Positions 8,680 to 18,090 of a stretch of 64,000 nucleotides of DNA are shown one piece after another (position 1 is the first letter of the stretch; every line of letters starts with the position of its first letter). A model generated the notes under the pieces. The model worked only from the letters and a program-made list of their open reading frames with translations. It was not told where the DNA came from and ran no database searches. The stretch covers positions 183,634-247,633 of the forward strand of contig JADJXV010000007.1 of assembly GCA_016720145.1 (NCBI GenBank), in the 5' to 3' direction. A program made the translations under genes and the position numbers. Source of the DNA: Ignavibacteria bacterium (GTDB taxonomy: Bacteria > Bacteroidota > Ignavibacteria > Kapaibacteriales > UBA961).

Positions 8680-8722
8680 TGAATTTAAACATTAAAATAA
8701 TCACTTTTTCTACCGAATATAT

Positions 8723-9238
8723 TTACAGCTTAATCGACAAGCCGAACTTACCGCCTGAGAATGCATTCCCAGTACCTAACTCCAAGTTTATTCCTACCTT
8801 ATTCGAGAAGTAATATCGAGCTCCGACTTGTACTCCCAGTCCTATACCACTAGTATGCTCACCTTCATATCCTTCGGGTGTTGACCAAGTGTAAAATCCT
8901 AAATTAAGCCCTGCATACAAATCATATTTACGCGAAATCTTCAGTACAGAATTAAAGTGATAATTGAAGTTCCCCGAAATTCCAATAATTGTACTTCGAT
9001 AATAATCCTTTTTTTTCCAATTATTATTCCTCTCGTTATAGCTTCGGAAAGACAACTCTCCGCCGAGCGTAATATCTTTTTCCACACAATAATCTATTCC
9101 CCCATAGATAGGGATACCCCATTCGGAAAGACCAACCCCAATATTTAACTGAGAATTACCTACAGCCAAAGGGCTTTGTGCAATACTAACTATGCTCAAC
9201 ATTGGCACAAGCAGCAATCCAAGAATAAATGTTTTCAT
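8723..9238 (-). CDS. small outer-membrane beta-barrel protein (OmpW/OmpA-like barrel class)
   Basis: Signal peptide MKTFILGLLLVPMLSIVSIAQS, alternating amphipathic strands rich in G/Y/N, 171 aa. Confidence 0.65.
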   Translation of the reverse strand: MKTFILGLLLVPMLSIVSIAQSPLAVGNSQLNIGVGLSEWGIPIYGGIDYCVEKDITLGGELSFRSYNERNNNWKKKDYYRSTIIGISGNFNYHFNSVLKISRKYDLYAGLNLGFYTWSTPEGYEGEHTSGIGLGVQVGARYYFSNKVGINLELGTGNAFSGGKFGLSIKL

Positions 9239-9307
9239 ACTCTACTACTCCTAGATGTTCAATAATTTTAATTAGTTATGAGGAATCTAAAGACTACTTC
9301 GGCAATT

Positions 9308-9348
9308 AAAAAAAGAGACCCTTTGCTTGGAATATGCAAAAGGTCTTT
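9308..9348 (-). terminator. rho-independent terminator after the cyclophilin gene
   Basis: Stem GAGACCCTTTGC/GCAAAAGGTCT followed by T7 on the minus strand. The stem is almost identical to the terminator at 8641-8679. Confidence 0.65.
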
Positions 9349-9373
9349 CTAATTCTTCATCCGTTACAGACGA

Positions 9374-9994
9374 TTATTTCTTTACTTTTTCTACTTTGCT
9401 GGAAAGAATTTTAATAGGTATATTCGGTACACTTCCAGTATTTGGCACAGCTGCGATTGAATCGACTACTTCCATACCTTTCAAGACTTTACCAAACATT
9501 GTGTATGCTTTTGGCAGTCCAAGATCGCCGAGGCAAACAAAGAACTGACTTGTATTAGTGTTTGGACCTGCATTCGCCATCGCTACTACTCCTCGTGCGT
9601 ATCCTACTTTATAGCTTGGAGTTTCGGGATTAAGTTCATCAGCAAACTGACCATTATATATACTTTCACCACCTTGTCCCCACTGCGACTTAAGAGATTC
9701 ATCCTTGGTCTTCGGATCACCTGCTTGGATCACAAATCCAGGTACAATGCGATGGAAGAGAATATCTTTAAAGAAGTTTTTGGCAGCAAGACCGCTAAAA
9801 TTCGCTACAGTTTTAGGAGCATCTTTACCGTATAAACCAATAACGATTGTACCTTTCGACGTTTCGAGAATTACTTTTTCTGTCACGACCGGCGAAGGAA
9901 CAGGGGAGACTATAGATTTTGGAGCTGGACTCGTCTGAGCGAAAACGCTCGTGCAGGTAACTATCATCATCAGGGCGCATAGTGCTATTTTCAT
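9374..9994 (-). CDS. peptidyl-prolyl cis-trans isomerase, cyclophilin type, secreted
   Basis: Signal peptide, then the cyclophilin signature FHRIVPGFVIQAGDP and NTNTSQFFV. Confidence 0.9.
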   Translation of the reverse strand: MKIALCALMMIVTCTSVFAQTSPAPKSIVSPVPSPVVTEKVILETSKGTIVIGLYGKDAPKTVANFSGLAAKNFFKDILFHRIVPGFVIQAGDPKTKDESLKSQWGQGGESIYNGQFADELNPETPSYKVGYARGVVAMANAGPNTNTSQFFVCLGDLGLPKAYTMFGKVLKGMEVVDSIAAVPNTGSVPNIPIKILSSKVEKVKK

Positions 9995-10033
9995 GAGTAT
10001 TTATAAAATTAATGTTGATAAAAATGAGGTCAA

Positions 10034-10609
10034 TTACTTTTTTCGTATTGTCATAACTACTTTTACATCAGGTCGTTCAGGTCTTGAACATGGAGTATTT
10101 ACAATTTTATCTGCAACATCCATACCGCTTAGTACTCGTCCGTACACAGTATATTCACCATTTAAAGAAGATGCTTCATCTACACAGATAAAGAATTGTG
10201 ATGTAGCGCTGTTTATGTCGCCACCACGTCTAGCAGCTGAGAGAATACCACGTTCATGCTTTGTACTGCTAAACTCAGCCGGAACATGAGTTTGTGTACG
10301 ATCCCCTTGTCCCCATTTTGCCATCAAGCTGTCATTTTTTGTGTTTGGATCTCCACCTTGAATCACAAATCCCGGTATGACTCTATGAAAGGCAGTTCCA
10401 TCATAGAATTTAATTGCAACCAAGCTATCAAAATTTGCGCAATGCTTGGGAGCAATATCGGGGAAAAGTTCGAGGACAATATCACCAAGAGCCTTACCAC
10501 CCTGCGTAACTGTAATCACATATTGTGGTCTATCGCCACCTTTTTCATTCGCATCTGCGGACGTAGCCACGATTCCAAAAACCATAATAATCACCATTAA
10601 AAATTTCAT
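10034..10609 (-). CDS. peptidyl-prolyl cis-trans isomerase, cyclophilin type, secreted (tandem paralog)
   Basis: FHRVIPGFVIQGGDP and NSATSQFFI. The ORF track starts at 10660, but the ATG at 10609 (MKFLMVIIMVFGIVATSADA) gives a clean signal peptide. Confidence 0.85.
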   Translation of the reverse strand: MKFLMVIIMVFGIVATSADANEKGGDRPQYVITVTQGGKALGDIVLELFPDIAPKHCANFDSLVAIKFYDGTAFHRVIPGFVIQGGDPNTKNDSLMAKWGQGDRTQTHVPAEFSSTKHERGILSAARRGGDINSATSQFFICVDEASSLNGEYTVYGRVLSGMDVADKIVNTPCSRPERPDVKVVMTIRKK

Positions 10610-10675
10610 AAAACTAACCATAATTATAAGTAAAAATGTATCTATTGTAGAATTAACCACTATATTTTAAAATAA

Positions 10676-10975
10676 TTACCACTTGAGCATACCGCCGGTC
10701 AAATTCACCACATTATACCCATGTTCCATCAGATATCCACATGCCTGACTACTGCGTCCACCGCTTCGGCAATAAACGATAATTTCTTGATTTTTATAGG
10801 GATCGAGTTCGGAAATACGGGTAGGAATCTCACCAAGCGGGATCAAAATGGAATTGGGAATACTTTTTTCTGCATGCTCCTCCGGCTGACGTACATCGAG
10901 GAGAATCATATCGGGATTGGCTGCCATACGCTCGCGGAGCTCATCGGGAGAAATTGCTGTAATATGTTGACTCAT
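10676..10975 (-). CDS. rhodanese-domain sulfurtransferase (single domain)
   Basis: 99 aa with the active-site loop CRSGGRS. Confidence 0.85.
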   Translation of the reverse strand: MSQHITAISPDELRERMAANPDMILLDVRQPEEHAEKSIPNSILIPLGEIPTRISELDPYKNQEIIVYCRSGGRSSQACGYLMEHGYNVVNLTGGMLKW

Positions 10976-11032
10976 AAGTAAATATTGTTGTAATAAAATT
11001 AATTTGATGTATGCTTATCCTTCAAATTCTCC

Positions 11033-12673
11033 TCACATCCATACATTCGCAAAGCGAAAATTCTGACCGTCAAAGAGACCTTTATCGCTTAATTTCAGAG
11101 CCGGTATCACGAGTAATGCCATAAATGAGAGCGACATAAACGGCGCCGAAAGCGATGAGCCAAGTGCCTTCGCTGCGGCATCTAACCGGGCGTAGTCTTC
11201 GGCGACTCGGTAGCCGTCATTCGGGCTCATAATTCCTGCTACATCAAGGGGTAAGACGTCTGCCTGTTCACCATCAATAACCGCAATTCCACCTTTTGCC
11301 CTGATAATCGCATTCACCGCCCGGCAGAGTTCATCATCACTTGTTCCGACGGCAATAATATTATGCGAGTCATGCGCCACACACGAGGCAATTGCCCCGC
11401 GCTTGAGGCCAAAATTCTTGATAAATCCAACTGCAACAGGCGCATCCGCGTACCGATTGACGACACAGATTTTCAAAATATCACGTTCGGTGTCGCTGAC
11501 GGCATTATCATCTTCTACTTTTGCAGTGCAAATTAACTCACCTGTAATCAACTGACCATCGAGAGCTTCGATGACACGTATCATTGCGCCATTGTCGGCC
11601 GGTAGGAGAAAGTCCTCGACGCTTTTCTCAGTCGCTGTAAAGTTATTAATTGTATCGACTTCCACGCGTTCGACGAGTGTTTTTCCGCCGGCTGCGACCA
11701 AAGCGCCGCCGATAAACGTTTGAAGTACGCGGAAATTTTGCAGGTCTTCGGTAACGATGAAGTCTGCCGGATCGCCGACGCGGAGGAGTCCAACGTCTAA
11801 ATTGTAGTGCAAAACAGGATTCACACAAGCCACGCGAAGCACGTCAAACACATCATAACCCATTGCAACCGAACGTACTACCAATTCATTAATGTGTCCC
11901 TGCACGAGTGCATCAGGATGCTTATCATCACTGCAAAACATACACACATCAGCGTTCGTGCCGAGGAGAGGATGCAGGGCATCATAATTTTTCGCCGCCG
12001 AACCTTCCCGTATGAGAATTTTCATGCCATAGCCGATTTTCTCGGTCGCTTCGTCGAGCGTAAAGCACTCATGATCGGTCGTAATTCCTGCGTTTGCATA
12101 GCGTTCGGCGTCTTTGCCGCGCAGCCCGGGCGCGTGTCCGTCGATTGGGCGCCCGCATTCTTTGGCGATGCGTATCTTCTCCATGACCTCGGGATCGTCA
12201 AACAGTACACCCGGAAAATTCATCATTTCACTTAAATAGCGCACTTCGGGACGGATAAACAACTGTTTGATATCACTTGCTGTTATCTCGGCGCCTGCCG
12301 TTTCAAACCGTGTTGCGGGCACACAACTTGGCGCGCCAAAATTAAACTTGAACGGCACTTTAGCCGCATTATCAAGCATATATTCCACACCACGCACGCC
12401 GAGCACATTAGCAATTTCATGCGGGTCGGAGACGGTGGCAACGGTGCCATGCACGACAGCGAGCCGGGCGAATTCACTCGGCACGAGCATTCCACTCTCA
12501 ATATGCACATGCGCATCGATAAACCCTGGTAATATATAGGTTTCGCATGGTTTAGCTTCGGGAGTAATGGCCGTAATCACGCCATCAGTAACGGTGACAG
12601 TCGCCGGAAAAATCTGACGATTCAGCACATCCACGATATTTCCCGTCAGCGAAAATGAGTGCATAACTATCAA
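11033..12673 (-). CDS. ade: adenine deaminase
   Basis: 546 aa. ILPGFIDAHVHIESGMLVP...TVATVSDPHEIANV is the typical adenine deaminase amidohydrolase motif. Confidence 0.85.
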   Translation of the reverse strand: MIVMHSFSLTGNIVDVLNRQIFPATVTVTDGVITAITPEAKPCETYILPGFIDAHVHIESGMLVPSEFARLAVVHGTVATVSDPHEIANVLGVRGVEYMLDNAAKVPFKFNFGAPSCVPATRFETAGAEITASDIKQLFIRPEVRYLSEMMNFPGVLFDDPEVMEKIRIAKECGRPIDGHAPGLRGKDAERYANAGITTDHECFTLDEATEKIGYGMKILIREGSAAKNYDALHPLLGTNADVCMFCSDDKHPDALVQGHINELVVRSVAMGYDVFDVLRVACVNPVLHYNLDVGLLRVGDPADFIVTEDLQNFRVLQTFIGGALVAAGGKTLVERVEVDTINNFTATEKSVEDFLLPADNGAMIRVIEALDGQLITGELICTAKVEDDNAVSDTERDILKICVVNRYADAPVAVGFIKNFGLKRGAIASCVAHDSHNIIAVGTSDDELCRAVNAIIRAKGGIAVIDGEQADVLPLDVAGIMSPNDGYRVAEDYARLDAAAKALGSSLSAPFMSLSFMALLVIPALKLSDKGLFDGQNFRFANVWM

Positions 12674-12945
12674 AAAAGTAATGGACCATCCACCAAAATC
12701 CCGGCAAAATTACAAAGATTTTTTGGGTTATGGTGTTGGGTGGGGTAAATGGCGGTGCTGGTACGCCTCAAGCAGTCCAAAGAGCACTATTATTCCGCAC
12801 GAACTCCGATTCATCACAATGATTTGGATAGCTTAAATTATGGGTGTATTTTGCGGTAAACAGATAGTATCTCGATACATTATACCCCCTTATCGAAGCA
12901 TGAATGCTTTATAAATGTGTCATTCTCAATTTATAATATATTTTT

Positions 12946-14202
12946 ATGAAAACAAACCCATTTAGCCCTAGTTCACCTTCAATACCTGGTATGTTTGCAG
13001 GTCGATTCGATGAAATTATAGCAATCGAAAAAATACTGTTACAAACCCGTGCGAATAAAGGTCATGGATTTCTACTTTTAGGACAACGTGGCATTGGCAA
13101 AACCTCGCTACTAAATTTTCTAAAATATCAAGCGGAAGGTTCGATTGAAACTGTAGAGGAAACATTAAATTTTCTTGTCATTGAGATTGACATAACTAAA
13201 GACACTAATCAATATACATTAATCAGAAAAATTGAAACTGCTTTAAAGAGGAAGCTTGCAAAAACTGAAAAAACTAAAAAATTATTTTCAGATATTTGGG
13301 GGTTTATTGGAAGGGTAGAAGCAGGAGGATTTAAAATCAATACTTCAAAAGATTCGGATAGCGAATTATTATTTGAAGATTTTTCTTATTCAATGGCAGA
13401 TACTTTAAACAGAATAACCAACAAAAATTCCACTTCAATATTTGAAGCATCTTATGATGGAATTTTATTAATAATCGACGAAGCAGATAATGCTAGTAAG
13501 GAGCTCCAATTAGGAAGTTTTGTAAAGCTTTTAACTGAAAGACTTCAAAAAGAAGGCACTCAGCAACTAATGATTGGAATATCAGGACTTCCTAAAACTA
13601 AAGAAATATTAGTCGAAAGTCACCCTTCGTCTTTAAGGATTTTTGAAGAATTATTTTTAGACCGTCTTAATGACCAAGATGTAAGATACGTCTTAAAGCG
13701 AGTAATGGAGCATTGTGAAGTGTTAAATCAGGAAACAACTGAGTTACCCAAAGAATCTGAAGATTTATTGGTTAAACTTTCCGAAGGATTTCCACATTTT
13801 ATTCATCAATATGGATATTGTGCTTTTGACTTATCAGATGGCAAGAGTATTTCAGTAGCAAATGTCATAGATGGAGCATTTGGTAGGAATGGAGCTATCG
13901 AAAAAATCGGTGATAAATATTATCGTGATGATTATTACAATAAAATCAAAGTCGACAGTTATCGCCAAGTATTATCAATAATGGCTGAAAAACTTGATGA
14001 TTGGGTATCTAAAAAATTTATCAAAGGTAAATTTAAGGGCAGTGAAACAACTCTTAACAATGCTTTAACGGCATTACGAACAAGAGGGATAATATTGACA
14101 AAAGAAGGATCGCAGGGTACATATCGGTTACAGGACAAGGGTTTTGCTTGGTGGATTGTAATGAATCATGAAAAAGACCAGAAAAAGCAACAATCTGTGT
14201 AA
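12946..14202 (+). CDS. ORC/Cdc6-like AAA+ P-loop ATPase with C-terminal winged-helix-like domain
   Basis: FAGRFDE...GFLLLGQRGIGKTSL (Walker A) and LLIIDEADN (Walker B). The C-terminal TLNNALTALRTRGIILTKEGSQGTYRL is wHTH-like. Visibly AT-rich relative to its neighbours. Confidence 0.65.
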   Translation: MKTNPFSPSSPSIPGMFAGRFDEIIAIEKILLQTRANKGHGFLLLGQRGIGKTSLLNFLKYQAEGSIETVEETLNFLVIEIDITKDTNQYTLIRKIETALKRKLAKTEKTKKLFSDIWGFIGRVEAGGFKINTSKDSDSELLFEDFSYSMADTLNRITNKNSTSIFEASYDGILLIIDEADNASKELQLGSFVKLLTERLQKEGTQQLMIGISGLPKTKEILVESHPSSLRIFEELFLDRLNDQDVRYVLKRVMEHCEVLNQETTELPKESEDLLVKLSEGFPHFIHQYGYCAFDLSDGKSISVANVIDGAFGRNGAIEKIGDKYYRDDYYNKIKVDSYRQVLSIMAEKLDDWVSKKFIKGKFKGSETTLNNALTALRTRGIILTKEGSQGTYRLQDKGFAWWIVMNHEKDQKKQQSV

Positions 14203-14308
14203 TTCCAAATTTTAAATTTTTTTTCTTAATAATAACTTTGGTGAACTGTAGACGGTTTATTATTTACAAAGATCATATCTAAATTATTAAATTACTTTTT
14301 CTCTGTTT

Positions 14309-15164
14309 ATGCCCACACCTCCACCCACCCAACCCGGCGTCGTCGAGTTTTACAACGAAGCTACCGAAGATTATCATTTCTGGAGCAAGGATTATAATAT
14401 GCACTTTGGGTATTATCTGCCGCTTCGTACCAACCCTTTTAAGCGCGACACCATGCTCAATGAAATGAATCGCCAAGTGTATAAAAGATTAGGGCTGAAA
14501 GATCATCCAAGCGTCGTGGCGGACTTGGGCTGAGGCATGGGAGCTACCATGAAATACGGCCTGCAAAAGCACCCTAATTTATCGAGTATCGGCCTCACAC
14601 TCTCTACTTTTCAGGAGGCAGAAGGGAATAAGCTGTTGGCAGGATTGAATGGTAAAATCATCATCGAAAATTACAACAACACGTCCTTCGGCTCTGATTA
14701 TTTTGATGGCGCTGTTGCTTTGGAAAGCTTTTGTCACTCCGGTCACAGCTATCAAACGCTGCACGAAGCACACCGAATTTTGAAGCCCCGATCACGACTC
14801 GTCATCGCAGACGCATTTTTTAAAGCAGCCCGAGGAAAAGCTGATGTTGACGGGTAAGTATTGCTATTCAAAGCTCTGTCAGGGTTGGAGTTTGGCAGGT
14901 TTAGCCGACATAAAAAATTTCGAACAAATGCTTCGAATAATTGGATTTACCAACATACGCGTCGAGAATATTTCCTATAAAGTCGCGCCGTCGGTCGTCC
15001 ATGTTCCGTTTGCTATTTCCGGATTTATGATCAAGAAAAAACTCAAAAACGAACCCATAAAACCGCAGAGTGTCAACAATCTGAAAGGTTCATTTTATGC
15101 CCTACTTTCGGGTTTACATCTCAGCGTATTTGGGTATTATATGATTACGTGTGAGAAGGCATGA
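14309..15164 (+). pseudogene. class I SAM-dependent methyltransferase, disrupted (in-frame TGA plus frameshift)
   Basis: Three consecutive ORF fragments. TGA at 14531-14533 replaces the Cys of motif I (VADLG*GMG). A frameshift near 14815-14845 joins ...RLVIADAFF to ...GWSLAGLADIKNFEQMLRIIGF. Confidence 0.65.
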
Positions 15165-15234
15165 TAGCAGTTATTCATTGTAGAACAAGAGAATACAGTA
15201 AGCAACTTATTGAACAACTATAATCAAACATTAC

Positions 15235-16296
15235 ATGCTAAAAACGACCAACGAACTAATTGAACATCTAAAACTTGACGAGCAATTGAGAGACTATAGG
15301 GTTATAGAATCTTTGGTGTACGCTATTCTTAAATGCGGAGATAAAAGCGATGCCGATTCAATACTCCTTCACTATCTGCAAGACCCTTTTGAATATTCTC
15401 AATTGGTGCCTGTTATAAAGAAATTTGGGGATTATCAGTATGCAGAACAAATTTTCGATGTCTGTATTCAAAAGAATATTTTGAATGAGAAGACAATTCC
15501 TGATTTGGAAATACTAGAGGATTACCGTTTTCCGAATATTCTTGAGGTATTAGCATATCTCAAATTTACACCTATAAAGCAACTCTTAGCCAACTTAGCA
15601 TTTGTAAGTGGGAGTGGCCTTGAGAGTTTAGGTATTTATCCCTATGAGGTTACAAGTACAGCAGCGTTAGGATTGTTAAATTTTGACTGTGAAGAATATC
15701 AAGATAGTATCGAGACGGAAATTGAAAAATGTTATGGACAAAATTTGTTTTTGGAGTTTGTTCCGGCATTGGTTTGTAAACTCAAAAACAAGTCGCAAGT
15801 TCTTGAAAAACTATACGATCTTGGTAAAAACTATGCCTCATCAGACTGCAACGCCGGTATTATTCTTGGATTTTCACTTTGCGGAGAAGAAGGTCGCAAG
15901 TACTTCAAAGAGGTATTATTTGACAATTCTTGGGGTGCGTATGACGGAGGTACAGGTACTTTAAGTAGTACCTATAATGGAATGAAAAACCTAGGTATCA
16001 CGATTCGAGAACTCTACCACGAGATAAAGCAACTATCTGACAAAGCTCAACTTAATGATTCTCTTTATGGTTTATTTAGATTACTGGAATGTAGGATATG
16101 GGATTATGAAAGCAATGATAAAGAAAGCTTTACGGATATTTACACGCAACTCTATTCATGGGAAACGCTGACTACAAGCAATAATATAGTTGACTTGGCA
16201 AGAAAAGTGGACCAAGAATCTGAAGCATACAAAATCGAACAGCTCATCGAGATGAAAATGAATGAGGAAATACTACTCAAGAATTTTGGCAGATAG
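15235..16296 (+). CDS. hypothetical all-alpha protein
   Basis: 353-aa uninterrupted ORF, AT-rich, no recognised motif. Confidence 0.5.
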   Translation: MLKTTNELIEHLKLDEQLRDYRVIESLVYAILKCGDKSDADSILLHYLQDPFEYSQLVPVIKKFGDYQYAEQIFDVCIQKNILNEKTIPDLEILEDYRFPNILEVLAYLKFTPIKQLLANLAFVSGSGLESLGIYPYEVTSTAALGLLNFDCEEYQDSIETEIEKCYGQNLFLEFVPALVCKLKNKSQVLEKLYDLGKNYASSDCNAGIILGFSLCGEEGRKYFKEVLFDNSWGAYDGGTGTLSSTYNGMKNLGITIRELYHEIKQLSDKAQLNDSLYGLFRLLECRIWDYESNDKESFTDIYTQLYSWETLTTSNNIVDLARKVDQESEAYKIEQLIEMKMNEEILLKNFGR

Positions 16297-16366
16297 TATC
16301 TACTACCGGTAAAAATGTTGGTCGTGATTCGATAAAGGTTTCCACCTACCAGATAAACATTAGCAA

Positions 16367-16400
16367 TTGCGCCTCTTGCGCCCCTTGCGTTAAATTCTTC
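16367..16400. repeat. TTGCGCC-type intergenic repeat, copy 1
   Basis: TTGCGCCTCTTGCGCCCCTTGCGTTAAATTCTTC. A near-identical copy lies at 28660-28692. Confidence 0.7.
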
Positions 16401-16527
16401 ATCGCCCCAGCCACGACCAATACAGCCAACTTATAAATTCGGCATCGTGTTTGATGCTTCGACAAGCTCAGCATGACTGGTGTAGGTAAGTAGCTAACAT
16501 ATTAAAACATTACCATCCTATCTCTTC

Positions 16528-16598
16528 CTCCGCCTGGACGGCAATGGGTGACCGCAGGCGACGGTTGGAAGATGCAGAAGCGAACCCAACATTCCTCA
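16528..16598 (+). repeat. REP-like intergenic repeat, copy B
   Basis: CTCCGCCTGGACGGCAATGGGTGACCGCAGGCGACGGTTGGAAG...GCGAACCCAACATTCCTCA. It overlaps the TGA stop of the cca gene. Confidence 0.7.
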
Positions 16599-18026
16599 CT
16601 TCCTCTGCTTCATCTCCGCCTCTGCAAGCGCGAGCCACTCGTCTTTATGGGTCAGTAAATACTCGCGGGCTGGGTCATATTCATTGGGGATAATTCCTTC
16701 TAGAATCGCCTCTTCGATCGCCGTTTTGATGAATCCTACCGCGCGGGACGGTGTGAGCGCGCAGAGTTCCATGATTTCCTCGCCACGCACCGGAGACTGG
16801 AATGCACGAAGATGGTCGCGCTCCTGTACATCCATTATTTTATGGAACACTGCATCATAATTCCTCAGGTATTTCTCGGCGCGTTTGGGATTCTTGGTGG
16901 TAATATCCGCCCTGCAGAGCGTGAAGAGATCTTCGAGCGCGTCGCCGGCCGCGACCGCAAGACGCCGCACCGCCGAGTCGGTGACAATTTCATCGAGCAG
17001 CACCATCGGACGCTGATGCAGGCGCACGAGCTTCTCCACGTATGGCAAATGATCGAGCGAGAGCTTCATCCGACGGAAAATCGACGCCTGCCAGCGCGCG
17101 CCAATCTCTTCATGCCCGTGGAACGACCAGCCGACACCCGGAATAAACCGTTTCGTCTTCGGCTTGGCAATATCATGCATGAGCGTCGCAAAGCGCAGCC
17201 AGAGGTTATCACTTACGGCTGAGAGATTGTCGAGCACCTGAAGTGTATGATAAAACACATCCTTATGCGCGTATTCCTGTTCGCCGATCTGCACGAGATC
17301 AATCCCCGCCAGACGCTCAACTTCCGGAAAAATATACTTGAGAATTCCGGTATCATGGAGAATATTGAGCCCAATACTCGGCTTCGGCGCGCCAAGCATT
17401 TTCATAAATTCATCGGTGATGCGCTCTTGGGATATTATTCTGATTCGATCTGACATTTGTGTCATCGCTTCCAGCGCTTCGGGTTCGATTGCAAAGCCAA
17501 AGCGCGCCGCGAATCGTGCAGCACGCATCATGCGCAAGGGGTCGTCGCTGAAGGTAGTCTTTGGTTCTAATGGAGTTCGGAGGATTTTTCGTTCTAAGTC
17601 CTGCCGCCCGTCGAAGACATCAAGGAGCTGGCCCAGCGTGCGCGCATTGAGCGACACAGCCATTGCATTAATCGTAAAATCACGGCGGCGCAGGTCATCG
17701 AGTAGTGTGCCTTCGGTGACAATCGGCTTGCGGCTGTCCGGCTCATACTCTTCCTTGCGGGTACCGACGAATTCGAGCTTGTAGCCGCCGACGGGCACGA
17801 GAGCCGTGCGAAAGCGTTCATAAATAACAGCTTTGGAGGAAAAGTACCGCGCCACGATTTTCGCAAAAGCGAGCGCATCACCGACGACGGTGCAGTCTAT
17901 ATCCTGCACCATACGCCCCATGTACGCATCGCGTACCCAGCCGCCGACTGCGTAGAGTTCGACGCCATGTTCATCAGCGAGTTTTCCAAGTGTGTGCAGT
18001 ATCGGCTCGTCTATTTCTAATGTCAT
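16596..18026 (-). CDS. cca: CCA-adding tRNA nucleotidyltransferase / poly(A) polymerase family with HD domain
   Basis: GGWVRD and DIDCTV nucleotidyltransferase motifs, RRDFTINA, and HD motif LMHDIAKP. 476 aa. Confidence 0.85.
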   Translation of the reverse strand: MTLEIDEPILHTLGKLADEHGVELYAVGGWVRDAYMGRMVQDIDCTVVGDALAFAKIVARYFSSKAVIYERFRTALVPVGGYKLEFVGTRKEEYEPDSRKPIVTEGTLLDDLRRRDFTINAMAVSLNARTLGQLLDVFDGRQDLERKILRTPLEPKTTFSDDPLRMMRAARFAARFGFAIEPEALEAMTQMSDRIRIISQERITDEFMKMLGAPKPSIGLNILHDTGILKYIFPEVERLAGIDLVQIGEQEYAHKDVFYHTLQVLDNLSAVSDNLWLRFATLMHDIAKPKTKRFIPGVGWSFHGHEEIGARWQASIFRRMKLSLDHLPYVEKLVRLHQRPMVLLDEIVTDSAVRRLAVAAGDALEDLFTLCRADITTKNPKRAEKYLRNYDAVFHKIMDVQERDHLRAFQSPVRGEEIMELCALTPSRAVGFIKTAIEEAILEGIIPNEYDPAREYLLTHKDEWLALAEAEMKQRK

Positions 18027-18090
18027 ATCGTTGATTGGGTTGCTTGATGTAGATGTGGTTAGAAAATTTCTATTCGTAATTTTTAGCCAA

